Positions 63,201 to 64,000 of a stretch of 64,000 bases of DNA are shown here, one piece after another (position 1 is the stretch's first letter; every line of letters begins with the position of its first letter). Origin of the DNA: Schmidtea nova (Eukaryota); contig CM097884.1 of the NCBI GenBank assembly GCA_044892505.1, forward strand, positions 29,636,001 through 29,700,000. Reading direction: 5' to 3'. The notes under the pieces are model-generated. The model searched no databases, was not told the origin of the DNA, and was given only the letters and a program-made list of their open reading frames with translations. The translations under genes and the position numbers were made by a program.

Positions 63201-64000
63201 TAGAATCTGGCTACGAAATCAAGTCAACAATGAAAGAATGTTACAGCGAAACAGAGGTAAATAAAATGAATTCAGTTTTACAAAAAATGTCACTTAATCA
63301 CTGCCTAAAATCTATTATGATGTCTTTAAAGATAAATACTGTTTTGAAACCTTTATCATAATCTTTTATTTTAAATTCATATTTTAACATAGTTTATTTG
63401 TTAACCTCTTTATTGCATTATTATTTCTTAGATTTATTAATTTACAAAATATTTCGAGTCATTTTTAGAACTGTTTTCTTGTGTTTAGATTAAATCTGAA
63501 AACATTGCAACTGAAACTGGAATAACAGAATTGATACATACGAGCTTGGAAAAAGATACAAAAGCTTCAAATAAGTTAACTGACTATAGAGCAGAGGCCA
63601 TTGACATGAGCAGTGAATCATTCAAAGATAGTGAAATTGTAGAAGTTTCTTTCGAAAAACTCAAAGACACAGCTGACTTCGGTAGTAGTGTAGAAAGTAA
63701 AATGATTGAAGTAGGAACAGAAACTTTCGGAGAAAAGCATAATGTATTCATCGATACGCTTACAAGTCATGAAGCTGAAATTAAATTCGAAGAAACATTG
63801 ACTGAGTTCATGTGTGAGTCGGTAAATAGTGAAAGCAGTTTTGAATGCAAATCAATTGAAGAAACCTGGAGTCAAGTTGGTGCAAAGGCAGTTGAAGTTG
63901 GTTCAGAATTCAGAAGCGTGATTGTAGAATGTTCAAGTGAATATACAATTAGTATGAGAGAAAGTCAGGTAGACCAAGCAATAGCAACTGAAGAAGTCGG
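13467..64000 (+). CDS. Giant multi-exon plakin-family (spectrin-repeat + SH3) gene with tandem exon arrays; 3' end beyond the window, 5' end unresolved
   Basis: Manually inferred GT-AG exons, all joining in frame: 13467-13508, 13558-13674, 13724-13771, 13826-13897, 13946-14020, 14078-14173, 14673-14801, 14849-15204, 17100-17353, 17404-17462, 17523-17638, 19097-21437, then 3 x 945-nt and 28 x 972-nt exons. Phase-1 and phase-2 junctions (15204/17100, 17353/17404, 17638/19097) match reciprocally. About 11,250 aa through the 28th large exon. Confidence 0.75.
15446..15500. mobile_element. Isolated hAT-like terminal fragment
   Basis: GC-rich GGCCGTGTGCGCTGCACACCTGCACAC...TCGGCTCTG resembles a hAT right end. 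No partner end or TSD found. Confidence 0.35.
15811..15906. repeat. Foldback (palindromic) repeat, copy 1
   Basis: AAGTACACGATATT / AATATCGTGTACTT, GGCAC / GTGCC, CTTTATCA / TGATAAAG and GTGTG / CACAC nested inverted pairs. Confidence 0.75.
16506..16747. mobile_element. piggyBac-like MITE (242 bp)
   Basis: TTAA|CCCTTTCAAAGG ... CCTTAGAAAGGG|TTAA: TIRs match at 11 of 12 positions, with TTAA on both sides. Confidence 0.75.
17100..17638 (+). CDS. Three exons continuing the plakin helical region
   Basis: 17100-17353 (ELQNQLTATWEELIKML...), 17404-17462 and 17523-17638 (VIERIRRPVEIKDMNDLKEEWQ...). Introns of 50 and 60 nt; the donor at 17463 could alternatively be 17475 (same phase). Confidence 0.7.
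17770..17845. repeat. Foldback repeat, copy 2
   Basis: AACCTTTATC..GTGTGCA / TGCACAC..GATAAAGGTT; same core as the copies at 15.8 and 18.3 kb. Confidence 0.7.
18205..18371. repeat. Foldback repeat, copy 3 (longest arms, MITE-like)
   Basis: AATAATTTTCATATTAATAATT / AATTATTAATATGAAAATTATT outer arms; CTTTATCAAGTGT / ACACTTGATAAAG inner stem. Confidence 0.75.
19097..21437 (+). CDS. 2341-nt exon: end of helical region, acidic linker, 7 x 44-aa repeats, Glu/Lys-rich segment
   Basis: Acceptor TTTATAG at 19096 and donor GAG|GTAATA at 21437/21438. Covers most of the 788-aa track ORF 19101-21467. Confidence 0.8.
19755..20678 (+). repeat. Coding tandem repeat, 7 x 132 bp (44 aa)
   Basis: Units such as RIRKIETYSIKDFVRETKDRNEMEILLNEIFSSLTRISTGVQTE end at 19886, 20018, 20150, 20282, 20414, 20546 and 20678. 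Confidence 0.9.
21568..21656. repeat. Intronic inverted repeat with (AT)n(GT)n loop
   Basis: TTAAATTGATTTGAAATTAAAGAA / TTCTTTAATTTCAAATCAATTTAA, perfect 24-bp arms. Confidence 0.75.
23279..27487 (+). CDS. Type-A tandem exons: 3 x 945 nt (315 aa), phase 0-0, identical protein sequence
   Basis: Exons 23279-24223, 24910-25854 and 26543-27487. Acceptor AAATTCAG|ATT AAA ACT; donor TTT GAG|GTAAAC. Confidence 0.8.
28175..28564 (+). pseudogene. Broken fourth type-A exon (intact acceptor, frameshift/stop, donor deleted); pseudo-exon or alternative last exon
   Basis: Matches copies 1-3 up to about 28551, then a short deletion gives TAA at 28562-28564. The sequence then jumps to intron-like AAAAACCATATCTTTTGCATGT. 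Confidence 0.7.
29680..64000 (+). repeat. Type-B tandem array, period exactly 1204 bp, at least 28.5 copies, continues past the window end
   Basis: Track ORFs recur every 1204 bp from 29819 to 62327. Copies differ only by scattered substitutions. Confidence 0.98.
29777..64000 (+). CDS. Type-B tandem exons: 28 complete x 972 nt (324 aa) + 1 partial, phase 0-0
   Basis: Exon starts at 29777 + 1204n (29777, 30981, 32185 ... 61081, 62285, 63489). Acceptor TTCTTGTGTTTAG|ATT AAA; donor ACA GAG|GTAAAT; 232-nt introns. No stop or frameshift in any complete exon copy. Confidence 0.8.

Noticed and set aside
29819-63361. 28 separate single-exon 344-aa genes (and 324-aa genes at 23.3-27.5 kb)
   Set aside because: The track starts are TTG/GTG codons lying a few codons after an in-frame AG acceptor, and the last 34 (or 16) codons follow a GT donor in intron-like AT-rich DNA. 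An exon model explains both ends.
1-64000. CRISPR array, prokaryotic operon, tRNA or rRNA genes
   Set aside because: No constant repeat with unique spacers and no cas-like ORFs. The DNA is intron-containing and eukaryotic. No tRNA or rRNA sequence was recognised.

Overview
AT-rich eukaryotic (animal) DNA. Many 47-60 nt GT-AG introns and the transposon content suggest a flatworm/planarian-like genome, but the taxon is an inference. 1-12.9 kb is a transposon cluster: an apparently intact RLE-type non-LTR retrotransposon preceded by a TGACCT-rich repeat array, a 5'-truncated Gypsy-like remnant with a 160-bp 3' LTR, and a Mutator-like element containing a hAT MITE that itself contains a deleted hAT, with each of these three nested elements flanked by an exact TSD. 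From about 13.47 kb to the window end (still open), the + strand reads as one giant spliced gene rather than the ~32 separate ORFs in the track. Small exons encode a plakin-type spectrin-repeat/SH3 region. A 2.3-kb exon carries seven 44-aa repeats, each ending in a QT-type (dynein light chain LC8-like) motif. These are followed by two homologous arrays of symmetric phase-0 exons: three 945-nt exons plus a broken fourth (period 1631-1633 bp), then 28 complete plus 1 partial 972-nt exons (period exactly 1204 bp, 232-nt introns). All manually inferred splice junctions join in frame and give more than 11,000 aa inside this window if every intact exon is included. This tandem-cassette giant plakin is the most notable item. 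No databases or tools were used, so family assignments rest on motif recognition.
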